Shown here piece by piece: positions 37,088 to 48,467 of a DNA stretch of 64,000 nt. Location of the stretch: assembly GCF_963921235.1 (NCBI RefSeq), contig NC_086097.1:138758001-138822000 (forward strand), read 5' to 3'. The position numbers and the translations under genes are program-made. Under the pieces are notes generated by a model that was given only the letters and a program-made list of their open reading frames with translations, had not been told where the DNA came from and searched no databases. The stretch comes from Mobula hypostoma (Eukaryota). The stretch's first letter is position 1, and each line of letters starts with the position of its first letter.

Positions 37088-39971
37088 GAAACATAGAAAC
37101 ATAGAAAATAGGTGCAGGACTAGGCCATTCGGCCCTTTGAGCCTGCACCGCCATTTATTATGATCATGGCTGATCCTCCAACTCAGAACCCCGCCCCAGC
37201 CTTCTCTCCATACCCCCTGACCCCCGTAGCCACAAGGGCCATATCTAACTCCCTCTTAAATATAGCCAATGAACTGGCCTCAACTGTTTCTTGTGGCAGA
37301 GAATTCCACAGATTCACCACTCTCTGTGTGAAGAAGTTTTTCCTATTCTCGGTCCTAAACGGCTTCCCCTCTATCCTCAAACTGTGGCCCCTCGTTCTGG
37401 ACTTCCCCAACATCGGGAACAATCTTCCTGCATCTAGCCTGTCCAATCCCTTTAGGATCTTATACGTTTCAATCAGATCCCCCCTCAATCTTCTAAATTC
37501 CAACGAGTACAAGCCCAGTTCATCCAGTCTTTCTTCATATGAAAGTCCTGCCATCCCAGGAATCAATCTGGTGAACCTTCTTTGTACTCCCTCTATGGCA
37601 AGGATGTATTTCCTCAGATTAGGGGACCAAAACTGCACACAATACTCCAGGTGTGGTCTCACCAAGGCCTTGTACAACTGCAATAGTACCTCCCTGCTCC
37701 TGTACTCGAATCCTCTTGCTATAAATGCCAGCATACCATTCGCCTTTTTCACCGCCTGCTGTACCTGCATGCCCACTTTCAATGACTGGTGTATAATGAC
37801 ACCCAGGTCTCGTTGCACCTCCCCTTTTCCTAATCGGCCAGCATTCAGATAATAATCTGTTTTCCTGGTTTTGCCACCAAAGTGGATAACTTCACATTTA
37901 TCCACATTAAATTGCATCTGCCATGAATTTGCCCACTCACCCAACCTATCCAAGTCACCCTGCATCCTCTTAGCATCCTCCTCACAGCTAACACTGCCAC
38001 CCAGCTTCGTGTCATCCGCAAACTTGGAGATGCTGCATTTAATTCCCTCATCCAAGTCATTAATATATATTGTAAGCAACTGGGGTCCCAGCACTGAGCC
38101 TTGCGGTACCCCACTAGTCACCGCCTGCCATTCTGAAAAGATCCCGTTTATTCCCACTCTTTGCTTCCTGTCTGCTAACCAATTCTCCACCCACACCAAT
38201 ACCTTACCCCCAATACCGTGTGCTTTAAGTTTGCACACTAATCTCCTGTGTGGGACCTTGTCAAAAGCCTTTTGAAAATCCAAATATACCACATCCACTG
38301 GTTCTCCCCTATCCACTCTACTAGTTACATCCTCAAAAAATTCTATGAGATTCGTCAGACATGATTTTCCTTTCACAAATCCATGCTGACTTTGTCCGAT
38401 CATTTCACCGCTTTCCAAATGTGCTGTTATCACATCCTTGATAACTGACTCCAGCAGTTTCCCCACCACCGACGTTAGGCTAACCGGTCTATAATTCCCC
38501 GGTTTCTCTCTCCCACCTTTTTTAAAAAGTGGAGTTACATTAGCCATCCTCCAATCCTCAGGAACTAGTCCAGAATCTAAAGAGTTTTGAAAAATTATCA
38601 CTAATGCATCCACTATTTCTTGGGCTACTTCCTTAAGCACTCTAGGATGCAGACCATTTGGCCCTGGGGATTTATCTGCCTTCAATCCCTTCAATTTACC
38701 TAACACCACTTCCCTACTAACATGTATTTCGCTCAGTTCCTCCATCTCACTGGACCCTCTGTCCCCTACTATTTCTGGAAGATTATTTATGTCCTCCTTA
38801 GTGAAGACAGAACCAAAGTAATTATTCAATTGGTCTGCCATGTCCTTGTTCCCCATGATCAATTCACCTGTTTCTGTCTGCAGGGGACCTACATTTGTCT
38901 TTACCAGTCTTTTCCTTTTTACATATCTATAAAAGCTTTTACAGTCCATTTTTAGGTTCCCTGCCAGTTTTCTCTCATAATCTTTTTTCCCCTTCCGAAT
39001 TAAGCCCTTTGTCCTCCTCTGCTGAACTCTGAATTTCTCCCAGTCCTCAGGTGAGCCACTTTCTCTGGCTAATTTGTATGCTTCTTCTTTGGAATTGATA
39101 CTATCCCTAATTTCTCTTGTCAGCCACGGGTGCACTACCTTCCTTGATTTATTCTTTTGACAAACTGGGATGAACAATTGTTGTAGTTCATCCATGCAAC
39201 CTTTAAATGCTTGCCATTGCATATCCACCGTCAATCCTTTAAGTGTCATTTGCCAGTCTAATTCACGTCTCATACCTTCAAAGTTACCTCTCTTTAAGTT
39301 CAGAACCTTTGTTTCTGAATTAACTATGTCACTCTCCATCTTAATGAAGAATTCCACCATATTATGGTCACTCTTACCCCAGGGGCCTCTCACGACAAGA
39401 TTGCTAATTAACCCTTCCTCATTGCTCAAAACCCAGTCCAGAATAGCCTGCTCTCTAGTTGGTTCCTCGACATGTTGGTTCAAAAAACCATCTCGCATAC
39501 ATTCCAAGAAATCCTCTTCCCCAGCACCTTTACCAATTTGGTTCACCCAATCTACATGTAGATTGAAGTCACCCATTATAACTGCTGTTCCTTTATTGCA
39601 CACATTTCTAATTTCCTGTTTAATACCATCTCCGACCTCACTGCTACTGTTAGGTGGCCTGTACACAACTTCCACCAGCGTCTTCTGCCCCTTAGTGTTA
39701 CGCAGCTCTACCCATATCGATTCCACATCTTCCCGACTTATGTCCTTCCTTTCTATTGCGTTAATCTCTTCTTTAACCAGCAACGCCACCCCACCTCCCC
39801 TTCCTTCATGTCTATCCCTCCTGAATATTGAATATCCCTGAACGTTGAGCTCCCATCCCTGGTCACCCTGGAGCCATGTCTCTGTGATCCCAACTATATC
39901 ATAATCATTAATAACAATCTGGACTTTCAATTCATCCACTTTATTACGAATGCTCCTTGCATTGACACACA
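37088..39971 (-). mobile_element. Young CR1 LINE, 5'-truncated at the start of the APE domain
   Basis: (CTATGTTT)n tail at 37088-37108; short TSD AATA at 37084-37087 and 39972-39975. Confidence 0.96.
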
Positions 39972-39972
39972 A
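37183..39972 (-). CDS. CR1 ORF2: uninterrupted 929-codon APE endonuclease-reverse transcriptase frame (no ORF1, promoter or native start)
   Basis: All APE motifs (NARS, ETW, YRPP, GDFN, LD, SDH) and RT motifs (QHGF, DFQKAFD, PQGSVLGP, FADD, LGV) are present. There is an in-frame 3-codon loss (AKI) relative to the sister copy. Confidence 0.95.
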   Translation of the reverse strand: MCVNARSIRNKVDELKVQIVINDYDIVGITETWLQGDQGWELNVQGYSIFRRDRHEGRGGGVALLVKEEINAIERKDISREDVESIWVELRNTKGQKTLVEVVYRPPNSSSEVGDGIKQEIRNVCNKGTAVIMGDFNLHVDWVNQIGKGAGEEDFLECMRDGFLNQHVEEPTREQAILDWVLSNEEGLISNLVVRGPWGKSDHNMVEFFIKMESDIVNSETKVLNLKRGNFEGMRRELDWQMTLKGLTVDMQWQAFKGCMDELQQLFIPVCQKNKSRKVVHPWLTREIRDSINSKEEAYKLARESGSPEDWEKFRVQQRRTKGLIRKGKKDYERKLAGNLKMDCKSFYRYVKRKRLVKTNVGPLQTETGELIMGNKDMADQLNNYFGSVFTKEDINNLPEIVGDRGSSEMEELSEIHVSREVVLGKLKGLKADKSPGPNGLHPRVLKEVAQEIVDALVIIFQNSLDSGLVPEDWRMANVTPLFKKGGREKPGNYRPVSLTSVVGKLLESVIKDVITAHLESGEMIGQSQHGFVKGKSCLTNLIEFFEDVTSRVDRGEPVDVVYLDFQKAFDKVPHRRLVCKLKAHGIGGKVLVWVENWLADRKQRVGINGIFSEWQAVTSGVPQGSVLGPQLLTIYINDLDEGIKCSISKFADDTKLGGSVSCEEDAKRMQGDLDRLGEWANSWQMQFNVDKCEVIHFGGKTRKTDYYLNAGRLGKGEVQRDLGVIIHQSLKVGMQVQQAVKKANGMLAFIARGFEYRSREVLLQLYKALVRPHLEYCVQFWSPNLRKYILAIEGVQRRFTRLIPGMAGLSYEERLDELGLYSLEFRRLRGDLIETYKILKGLDRLDAGRLFPMLGKSRTRGHSLRIEGKPFRTENRKNFFTQRVVNLWNSLPQETVEASSLAIFKRELDMALVATGVRGYGEKAGAGF

Positions 39973-42900
39973 ATATGGTGGAATTCTTCATTAAGATGGA
40001 GAGTGACATAGTTAATTCAGAAACAAAGGTTCTGAAATTAAAGAAGCGTAACTTTGAAGGTTTGAGACGTGAATTAGCTAAGATAGACTAGCAAATGATA
40101 CTTAAAGGGTTGACGGTGGATATGCAATGGCAAACAGTTAAAGATCGCATGGATGAACTACAACAATTGTTCATCCCAGTTTGGCAAAAGAATAAACCAG
40201 GGAAGGTAGTACACCCATGGCTGACAAGGGAAATTAGGGAAAGTATCAATTCCAAAGAAGAAACATACAAATTAGCCAGAAAAAGCGGCTCACCTGAGGA
40301 CTGGAAGAAATTCAGAGTCCAGCAGAGGAGGACCAAGGGCTTAATTAGGAAAGGGAAAAAAGATTATGAGAGAAAACTGGCAGAGAACATAAAAACTGAC
40401 TGTAAAAGCTTTTATAGATACGTGAAAAGAAAAAGATTGGTTAAGACAAATGTAGGTCCCTTAGTCAGAAACAGGTGAATTGATCATGGGGAACAAGGAC
40501 ATGGCAGACCAATTGAATAACTACTTTGGTTCTGTCTTCACTAAGGAGGACATAAATAATCTTCTGGAAATAGTAGGGGACAGAGGGTCTAGTGAGATGG
40601 AGGAAATGAGGGAAATACATGTTAGTAGGGAAGTGGTGTTAGGTAAATTGAAGGGATTAAAGGCAGATAAATCCCCAGGGCCAGATGGTCTGCATCCCAG
40701 AGTGCTTAAGGAAGTAGCCCAAGAAACAGTAGATGCATTAGTGATAATTTTTCAAAACTCTTTAGATTCTGGACTAGTTCCTAAGGATTGGAGGGTGGCT
40801 AATGTAACCCCGCTTTTTAAAAAAAAGAGGGAGAGAGAAACCGGGGAATTATAGACTGGTTAGCCTAACATCGGTGTTGGGGAAAATGCTAGAGTCAGTT
40901 ATCAAAAATGTGATAACAGCACATTTGGAAAGCGGTGAAATCATCGGACAAAGTCAGCATGGATTTGTGAAAGGAAAATCATGTCTGACGAATCTCATAG
41001 GATTTTTTGAGGATGTAACTAGTAGAGTGGATGGGGAGAACCAGTGGATGTGGTATACTTGGATTTTCAAAAGGCTTTTGATAAGGTCCCACACAGGAGA
41101 TTAGTGTGCAAACTTAAAGGACACGGTATTGGGAGTAAGGTATTGATGTGGATAGAGAATTGGTTGGCAGGCAGGAAGCAAGGAATGGGAATAAACGGGA
41201 CCTTTTCAGAACGGCAGGCAGTGACTAGTGGGGTACCGCAAGGCTCAGTGCTGGGACCCCAGTTGTTTACAATATATATTGACTTAGATGAGGGAATTAA
41301 ATGCAGCATCTCCAAGTTTGCGGATGACATGAAGCTGGGCAGCAGTGTTAGCTGTGAGGAGGATGCTAAGAGGCTGCAGGGTGACTTGGATAGATTAGGT
41401 GAGTGGGCACATTCATGGCAGATGCAATTTAATGTGGATAAATGTGAGGTTATCCACTTTGGTGGCAAAACCAGGAAAACAGATTATTATCTGAATAGTG
41501 GCCGATTAGGAAAAGGGGAGGTGCAACGAGACCTGGGTGTCATTATACACCAGTCATTGTAAGTGGGCATGCAGGTACAGCAGGTGGTGAAAAAGGCGCA
41601 TGGTATGCTGGCATTTATAGCAAGAGGATTTGAGTACAGGAGCAGAGAGGTTCTACTGCAGTTGTACAAGGCCTTGGTGAGACCACACCTGGAATATTGT
41701 GTGCAGTTTTGGTCCGCTAATCTGAGGAAAGACATGCTTGCCATAGAGGGAGTACAAAGAAGGTTCACCAGATTGATTTCTGGGATAGCAGGACTTTCAT
41801 ATGATGAAAGAGTGGATCGGCTAGGCTTATACTCACTGGAATTTAGAAGATTGAGGGGGGATCTTATTGAAACGTATAAAATCCTAAAGGGATTGGACAA
41901 GCTAGATACAGGAAGATTGTTCCCGATGTTGGGGAAGTCCAGAACGAGGGGCCACAGTTTGAGGATAGAGGGGAAGCCTTTTAGGACCGAGATGAGGAAA
42001 AACTTCTTCACACAAAGAGTGGTGAATCTGTGGAATTCTCTGCCACGGGAAACAGTTGAGGCCAGTTCATTGGCTATATCTAAGAGGGAGTTACATATGG
42101 CTCTTGTGGCTAAAGGGATCGGGGGTATGGAGAGAAGGCAGCTACAGGGTTCTGAGTTGGATGATCAGCCATGATCATACTGTATGGCGCTGCAGGCTCG
42201 AAGGGCCGGGTGGCCTACTCCTGCACCTATTTTCTATGTTTCTAAGAGAGCTGGGTGGACAAAACTCAATTCTCTTTCTCTAACTGGTGACCATCTTTAT
42301 CCCAGCCAACCATGGGGGAAGTATAGTCATGAAGACTTAAGAACTAGGAACAGGAGTAGTCCATTCAAGTTGTCAAGCCTGCCCCACCATTCTCCTGTAC
42401 TACCCCCATATCCCCACATTCCCTTAACATTCAGAAATCTATCCAGCAATCTTGAATGAACTCAGTGACTGTCTCTGCAGCGTGGGGGAAAGAGTTCTGA
42501 AGAGTCACCATGCATTGAGGGGAGATATTTCTCGTCCTCTTCTTCTTCACCCAACAGATTCTGAGATTCCATCCCCCGAAGGCTGCGGAAGATGAGTTGA
42601 TTTGAAACAGGATTGATGCCCAGATGTTGATGGTTATGGAGATCAGGCCGAAAGCAGCTGATCCCTTCGTCTGAGACCGATACTGCTGTGAGACTCCTCA
42701 GCCAGGGGACACAACCTCCCCACACCTGGCCCGTGTCAAGCTTATGCACGCTGAGGAGGTGTTGTCTCCATCAGTTATCCATTGACAGGGGCTGGAATGC
42801 TGCACCTTCCCAATGATTGTCAGCACAGACCTGACTCCGGGTACTCACGTAGTGTGGGACCGGCCCAACCCTGGACCACACTTAGACACACCAGCAAACT

Positions 42901-43019
42901 CTTCAGAAGCACACCAAGCAGAAAAGTCTAGCAGTCTGCAATGCTAGTAACTTGAAGACTTTAAACACTAAGATTTCCACCTCACCGTGGAATATTCAAC
43001 TGATGAAGTGAATGAGTTT

Positions 43020-43346
43020 GATAGGCTTTTTCCATTGAGAATGGGGGAGATTGAAACAAGAGGACATGAGTTGAGAATTAAAGGGCAAAAGTTTAGGGGT
43101 AACATGAGGGGGAACTTCTTTACTCAGAGAGTGGTAGCTGTGTGGAATGAGCTTCCAGCAGAAGTGGTTGAGGCAGATTCGATGTTGACGTTTAAAGTTA
43201 AATTGGATAGATATATGGACAGGAAAGGAATGGAGGGTTATGGGCTGAGTGCAGGTCGGTGGGACTAGGTGAGAGTATGAGTTCGGCATGGACTAGAAGG
43301 GCCGAGATGGCCTGTTTCTGTGCTGTAATTGTTATATGGTTATATG
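43020..43346 (+). mobile_element. CR1 3' fragment
   Basis: RLFPLRMGEIETRGHELRIKG..FFTQRVVAVWNELP; tail (gttatatg)n. Confidence 0.92.
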
Positions 43347-43919
43347 ATACCAACCTGTAAATAGGATGTAGAAATGAAGCTGACTGAACCTCTGACTGAT
43401 TTTATCTTAATTTTTGAACAAAGCATTCATAGTTTACTATCTGCTTTCAGTAACCTCAAGGCCTGGTTTAAGCAGAATGCTGAGCACCAAGTGGAGCCTC
43501 ACAATCTTCACCTATGTGAATGTCATGAATTCGGGACAGGTCAGTGATTGGAGCCCACAGACTCCACGCTGCCTGGAGTGCAGGAAGCAAATACTGCACT
43601 GCTGACACAGACCACTCAGCCCCTCTGGCACTGGTGCTCCTGCCCCATAAAATCTCTTCCCACCTGTTTTCCATCCTTCCCCCCCCCCATTACCAGCTGT
43701 CCAGCTCCCCTCCTCTTCCCTCTCTCCCTTTGGAGTCAGTTCCATGCTTCCTAGGAAAGGAGGTCTCAATCTTCATCTTTCAACATGGGAATTAACACCT
43801 TCCTAACTGGATCAGGTCACACCAACCAGTTCAGCATTCCTGCAGGGAGTCATCCGTACATCTTCACCTGAGTGTATAGCACACCTGGAAATCCCAGGAT
43901 CCTGACTGAAAATGAGCAG

Positions 43920-44140
43920 AAACGAGAGGAGATCTGCAGATGCTGGAAATCCCAGCAACACACACAAAATGCTGGAGGAACTCAGCAGGCCAGGCGGCAA
44001 CTATAGAAAAGAGTACAGTCCACATTTTGGGCCAAAACCCGAGTCCTGCCGAAGGACTTTGACACGAAACGTCGACTGTACTTTTCTCCATAGATGCTGC
44101 CTGGCCTGCTGGGGTTTTCCAGCATTTTGTGTGTGTTGCT
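43920..44140. mobile_element. Palindromic Penelope pseudo-LTR element with 14-bp TSD
   Basis: Inverted arms at 43954-44040 and ~44052-44140. CTGAAAATGAGCAG (43906-43919) and CTGAAAATTAGCAG (44141-44154) flank it. Hammerhead-like gagtc-ctgccga...gaaacgtc-gact at 44041-44078. Confidence 0.85.
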
Positions 44141-44224
44141 CTGAAAATTAGCAGTATCATTTCCCCAAAACAAGCATGATCACAGCAGGCAGGACTCCCC
44201 ACGGTGACCTGAGATCACATACAT

Positions 44225-44265
44225 GTGCATGTATTTATGTGTATGTGCACATGGATGTTTGTGAG

Positions 44266-44326
<61 letters not shown>

Positions 44327-44592
44327 GTCTCAGGATGTGCCATATGTATGTGTGTCTGTGTTGAGCTTGTATGTAAATTCATCTGAGTGTGCACAAGTGC
44401 ATATCAATGAGTGTATCTGAGAGTATGTTCTCACAAAAGTCTGTGTATCTGCATATCTGTTTGTGTGTGTGCCTGTGATGTGTGTCTGGGAGTATATGTG
44501 TATGTGAATGTGTGAGTGAGTATGTCTGACTGTATGTATCAGTGTGTGTATGTGTCTTTATTGAAGTGTCAGTGAGTTGTGTGTGTGTGTAT
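44225..44592. repeat. (GT)n microsatellite and degenerate TG-rich tract
   Basis: Direct reading. Confidence 0.9.
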
Positions 44593-44662
44593 GAGGGGGT
44601 GGAACAGAAGTAGGGGTGGATTACATATAAGCAAAGCACAAACCAATGGAGGAATTCACCAG

Positions 44663-45108
44663 TCAACACACACAAAATGCTGGAGGAACTTGGCAGGCCA
44701 GGCAGTATCTAGGGAGAGAGTACCGTTGACGTTTCGGGCCAAAACCCTTCGGCAGGACTGGAGAAAAAAATGCTGAGGAGTAGATTTAAAAGGTGGGGGA
44801 GGGAAGAGAGAAACACAAGGTGATGGGTGAAATCTGAAGGGGGAGGATGAAGTAAAGAGCATAGAAGCTGATTGGTGAAAGAAACAGAAGGCCATGAAAG
44901 AAAGAAAAGGGGAGAGGAGCACCAGAGAGAGAGGCAATGGGTGGGCAAGGAGTTAAGGTGAGAGAGGGAAAAGGGGAAATGGTGGAGAAGAGGGAGGCTG
45001 GGGGGCATTAGCGGTAGTTTGAAAATCAATGTTCATGCCATCAGGTTGGAGGCTACCCAAACGGAATAAAGGTGTTGTTCCTCCAACCTGAGTGTGGCTT
45101 CATCACGA
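44663..45108 (-). mobile_element. Penelope-like element 3' end: ORF C-terminus plus pseudo-LTR with hammerhead motif
   Basis: Reverse strand of 45020-45105 reads DEATLRLEEQHL/FRLGSLQPDGMNIDF (end of the GIY-YIG domain). Hammerhead-like CAGUC-CUGCCGA-A-GGGUUUUGGCCC-GAAACGUC at 44723-44760. Confidence 0.88.
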
Positions 45109-45119
45109 CAATGGATAAG

Positions 45120-45645
45120 TAAAGGTCATCTCTCTTGAAGTGTGGGAGACGGAGGGTAAACATACAGGGCTTTATAAAATCATGAGGGTGACACTGTACG
45201 TACAGTGAATGTACACTGTCTTATTCTCAGGGAAAGAAATTAAAAACTAGAGTGCATAGCTGTGAGGTGAGAGGGGATAGATTTTGGAATACTTGCCGAG
45301 TGGAATTAGCTATGCATGATATGAACAAAGAATATAGGACCCTTTTCTGACAATGATCCTCCTGGAATTTTAGGGTCCAAATCCCAGCAGGATCATTGTC
45401 AGAAAAGGGACCTCAGGGGGAACTTCTTCATGCAGAGGATGATGGTTATAAGGATTGAATTACCATAGGAAGTGGTTAGGCAGGTACAATGACAACATTT
45501 GAAAGATATTTTGACAGATGGGAGGGATTTAGAGGGATATGGACCAAACGTGGCAAATGGAACTAGCTTGGTGGAAGCCATAGTTGACATGGGCAAGTTG
45601 GGTCAAAGGCCTTGTCTCCTTGCTGTATTTGCTTATGTGATTCTA
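45120..45645 (+). mobile_element. Decayed CR1 3' fragments
   Basis: gacctcagggggaacttcttcatgcagagg...gagggatatggaccaaac. Confidence 0.75.
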
Positions 45646-45890
45646 AAATCAAAGAAGTCATTTGATATGGAGGCTGTCAGTACTCTGGGTACTGATCCCC
45701 AATTGGCTGAGTCTGTACCTTGGCTAATTACTGTGGAATGATGGAAGGTTGCTTTGCCCATTAACAATGGGACTACACGAGGTCCTATCATTTTTACCTT
45801 GGCCCCCACTCCCTGTATGAGAGGAATGTAAAGTTCCGTAGCATTTGCAGGGATCGTCAGCCTTACACCATGGCTCCATCTATTTACAAA

Positions 45891-46390
45891 GGGAGTACAA
45901 AGAAGGTTCACCAGATTGATTCCTGGGATGGCAGGACTTTCATATGAAGAAAGACTGGATGAACTGGGCTTGTACTCGTTGGAATTTAGAAGATTGAGGG
46001 GGGATCTGATTGAAACGTATAAGATCCTAAAGGGATTGGACAGGCTAGATACAGGAAGATTGTTCCCGATGTTGGGGAAGTCCAGAACGAGGGGCCACCG
46101 TTTGAGGATAGAGGGGAAGCCTTTTAGGACCGAGATTAGGAAAAACTTCTTCACACAGAGAGTGGTGAATCTGTGGAATTCTCTGCCACAGGAAACTGTT
46201 GAGGCCAGTTCATTGGCTATATTTAAGAGGGAGTTAGATATGGCCCTTGTGGCTACGGGGGTCAGGGGGTATGGAGGGAAGGCTGGGGCCGGGTTCTGAG
46301 TTGGATGATCAGCCATGATCATAATAAATGGTGGTGCAGGCTCGAAGGGCCAAATGGCCTACTCCTGCACCTATTTTCTATGTTTCTATG
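45891..46390 (+). mobile_element. Young, heavily 5'-truncated CR1 (500 bp) with 8-bp TSD
   Basis: Near-identical to the 3' ends of the copies at 22490 and 37088; TTTACAAA at 45883-45890 and 46391-46398. Confidence 0.96.
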
Positions 46391-47777
46391 TTTACAAATC
46401 CCTTTAATGGACCTTCAGTGTCTCACAATCTCCCTTAAACTTTAAGTATCATGTACTACTGCAGGAGGTGAGCTAGCAAGTGGTACTAAAGGCAGCCAAG
46501 CACACAAGAACACATGGCACAGGAGCAGGGGAAAGCCACTGAGTCCTAATATGTGCTGCCATCTATAAGACCATGGTTGTTATGATATTGCCCTCAATTC
46601 CACTTTCCTGTCTTTTACCCACACTCTCGGCCTATCTCAAGCTTGAATATATTCAGTGTCTGTCTCTTCAGCCCTCTGTTGCAAAGATACTCTGAGGGAA
46701 GAAATCCCTCTTCATCTGGTCCAGAAACTTTGCCTCCTAGGCCTGGATCTCTGCAAACACATCCCCAAAGCAAAACTCCCAGCTTTCACACCAGCCTCAA
46801 TCCCACGGTTGTGGAGTGGAAGCACGTCATCTCTGGCTTTGCCTAAGACGACGCAATGCTCTGGCCCTGGGAGCCTGACATATTTCAATGAAATCACCTT
46901 TCAGGTTTCTCAGAAAATTAGAGTTCAGGCAGGTTCACCATGAAAGAACCTCTTGGTTGCAGGTGAATTTGTACAGAATAACTGGAGAAGTGAGGGGCAT
47001 GTGGGAAGTGCTGGTTCACACATCTGTCAAGGCCAGCGAGACCAGGCAGTATGCAGCAATCTAGCCTTAATCAACCAAGATTCACAAGCTCAGAGCTGGG
47101 AGGCCACACTTACACTAATTAGACCAATGGCCAGAGCATTGTGTCTTATTAGGCAGGATGAGGATGATTTGCTTCCCATTCTGCAGGTTCTGAGGTGACT
47201 GAGGCTAGTGTGGGGATCACAGATGGGCAAGAGGTGGTTGATAAGGTGGGGGTGTAGCTTGTGATATGGGGTGCTCCTTTTACCACTGTGTGGGGTTTCT
47301 GTCTGCTCTGAATCAGGACTGAGGTTGTCACTACCACCCCAAATCTTTTCCACTTTGAATTGTTCTGGGCTAGATATTCCCAGGATCAGTGGGGATGTTG
47401 CATTTCTTCAAGGAGTCTTTGAGAACATCCTTGAAGTTTTGCCTCTTGTCTGCCTCTAAGTTCTGGCTGTGGCGGCAGTCTCCTTTATGGCCAGAACGCA
47501 GAAGAGGGTCCCAGGATTTACTGATGTTAAATGAACAGCAATATATTTCCCAGGAAAGTTGGAGGGGTGGTGGTGTTCCCTTGATACTGGATGGTGGAGA
47601 GTGCATCTTTTCATTGGAAGACTCCACAGTCTGAATCTTTCCAGGCTTCAAGAGGCAGTTTCTGTCAGAAGCCCCAGTTTCCTTAGGGTAAAGAGGGATG
47701 GGATTAGGCAGATGAACAAATGCCTCATGTCTGCAGAGACGAGAACCCTGACTAACTGTCGTTCTTTCCTTTGGCAG

Positions 47778-47893
47778 AGAAAAAGCAAAGAGCAAAAGTG
47801 AAGGGAGCAGACAAGAAGAAGAAGAAGAGAGCTCGTGCTAAGGAACGCAAGCAATTTGTGGCGCTGCAAACCACAGGGAGCACTGACCTATAA
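47778..47893 (+). CDS. Candidate terminal coding exon of an unidentified host gene (Lys/Arg-rich C-terminus)
   Basis: Branch point tgactaac plus tgtcgttctttcctttggcag acceptor. Phase-1 reading xKKQRAKVKGADKKKKKRARAKERKQFVALQTTGSTDL*. Followed by ~550 bp with no repeat I recognise, then AATAAA. Confidence 0.55.
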
Positions 47894-48448
47894 AAAAGAC
47901 AAGCCATTTAATCTACAACATACATCAAGCTGCTCGTCCTTCCTACACTCCTGCAGTTGTGCTGCTTTTGACGATATTAGTGGCAGAAATGAAAGAAAGA
48001 GGAAAAGTCCATCAAAAATTTTATTTATACATCAGGCGTTTGCTGTTCCCTGTTTGACCTGTAAAGAACAAGCTTGGTGTGGCAAAGACTCTTACAAAAG
48101 CCACTGAAAGTTTGCATTAAGATAATTTAAAACATGCAAGGTTAGCCCCTGCTTGTAGAGTTGCCCAGAGTTGGAGAACAAGATGTGTCTATTTAAATGC
48201 AGGAAGACTTTTGAACACAGGACAAGGACTGTTCATTACATGGAGTCTGCATTTTCCGTTTGTCCTACATCCCAGGAAGACCCCATATGTGTACAAGCAC
48301 TGCCAAGCTGCAATGTTATGCAGGGTTTGCCACAGGTCCTAGGGACATCACCTACATAAAACGCTTTAAAGGCTATAACTGTATAATCAAAGCAATGACT
48401 GTCTCCTTGTTGCTTGACTGGTGTGTACACAGTGCTGAGTCTATCCAT

Positions 48449-48454
48449 AATAAA
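48449..48454 (+). promoter_or_regulatory. Candidate polyadenylation signal
   Basis: AATAAA followed ~10-25 nt later by a GT/T-rich stretch (tgtgtttatatgtatgt). Confidence 0.45.
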
Positions 48455-48467
48455 CTTATTCACTGTG

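Larger units (their letters stand above)
36797..42243 (+). mobile_element. CR1 LINE (slightly decayed, same family as the young copies), split by an antisense insertion into parts 36797-37087 and 39972-42243
   Basis: ...GPLGKSDHN | NMVEFFIKMESD rejoin; several frameshifts and stops in 40090-42170; tail ctattttctatgtttct. Confidence 0.95.

Noticed and set aside
10531..48435. Scattered CACAGTG heptamers as V(D)J recombination signals
   Set aside because: I saw no matching nonamer at 12/23 spacing and no Ig/TCR segments; several lie inside repeats.
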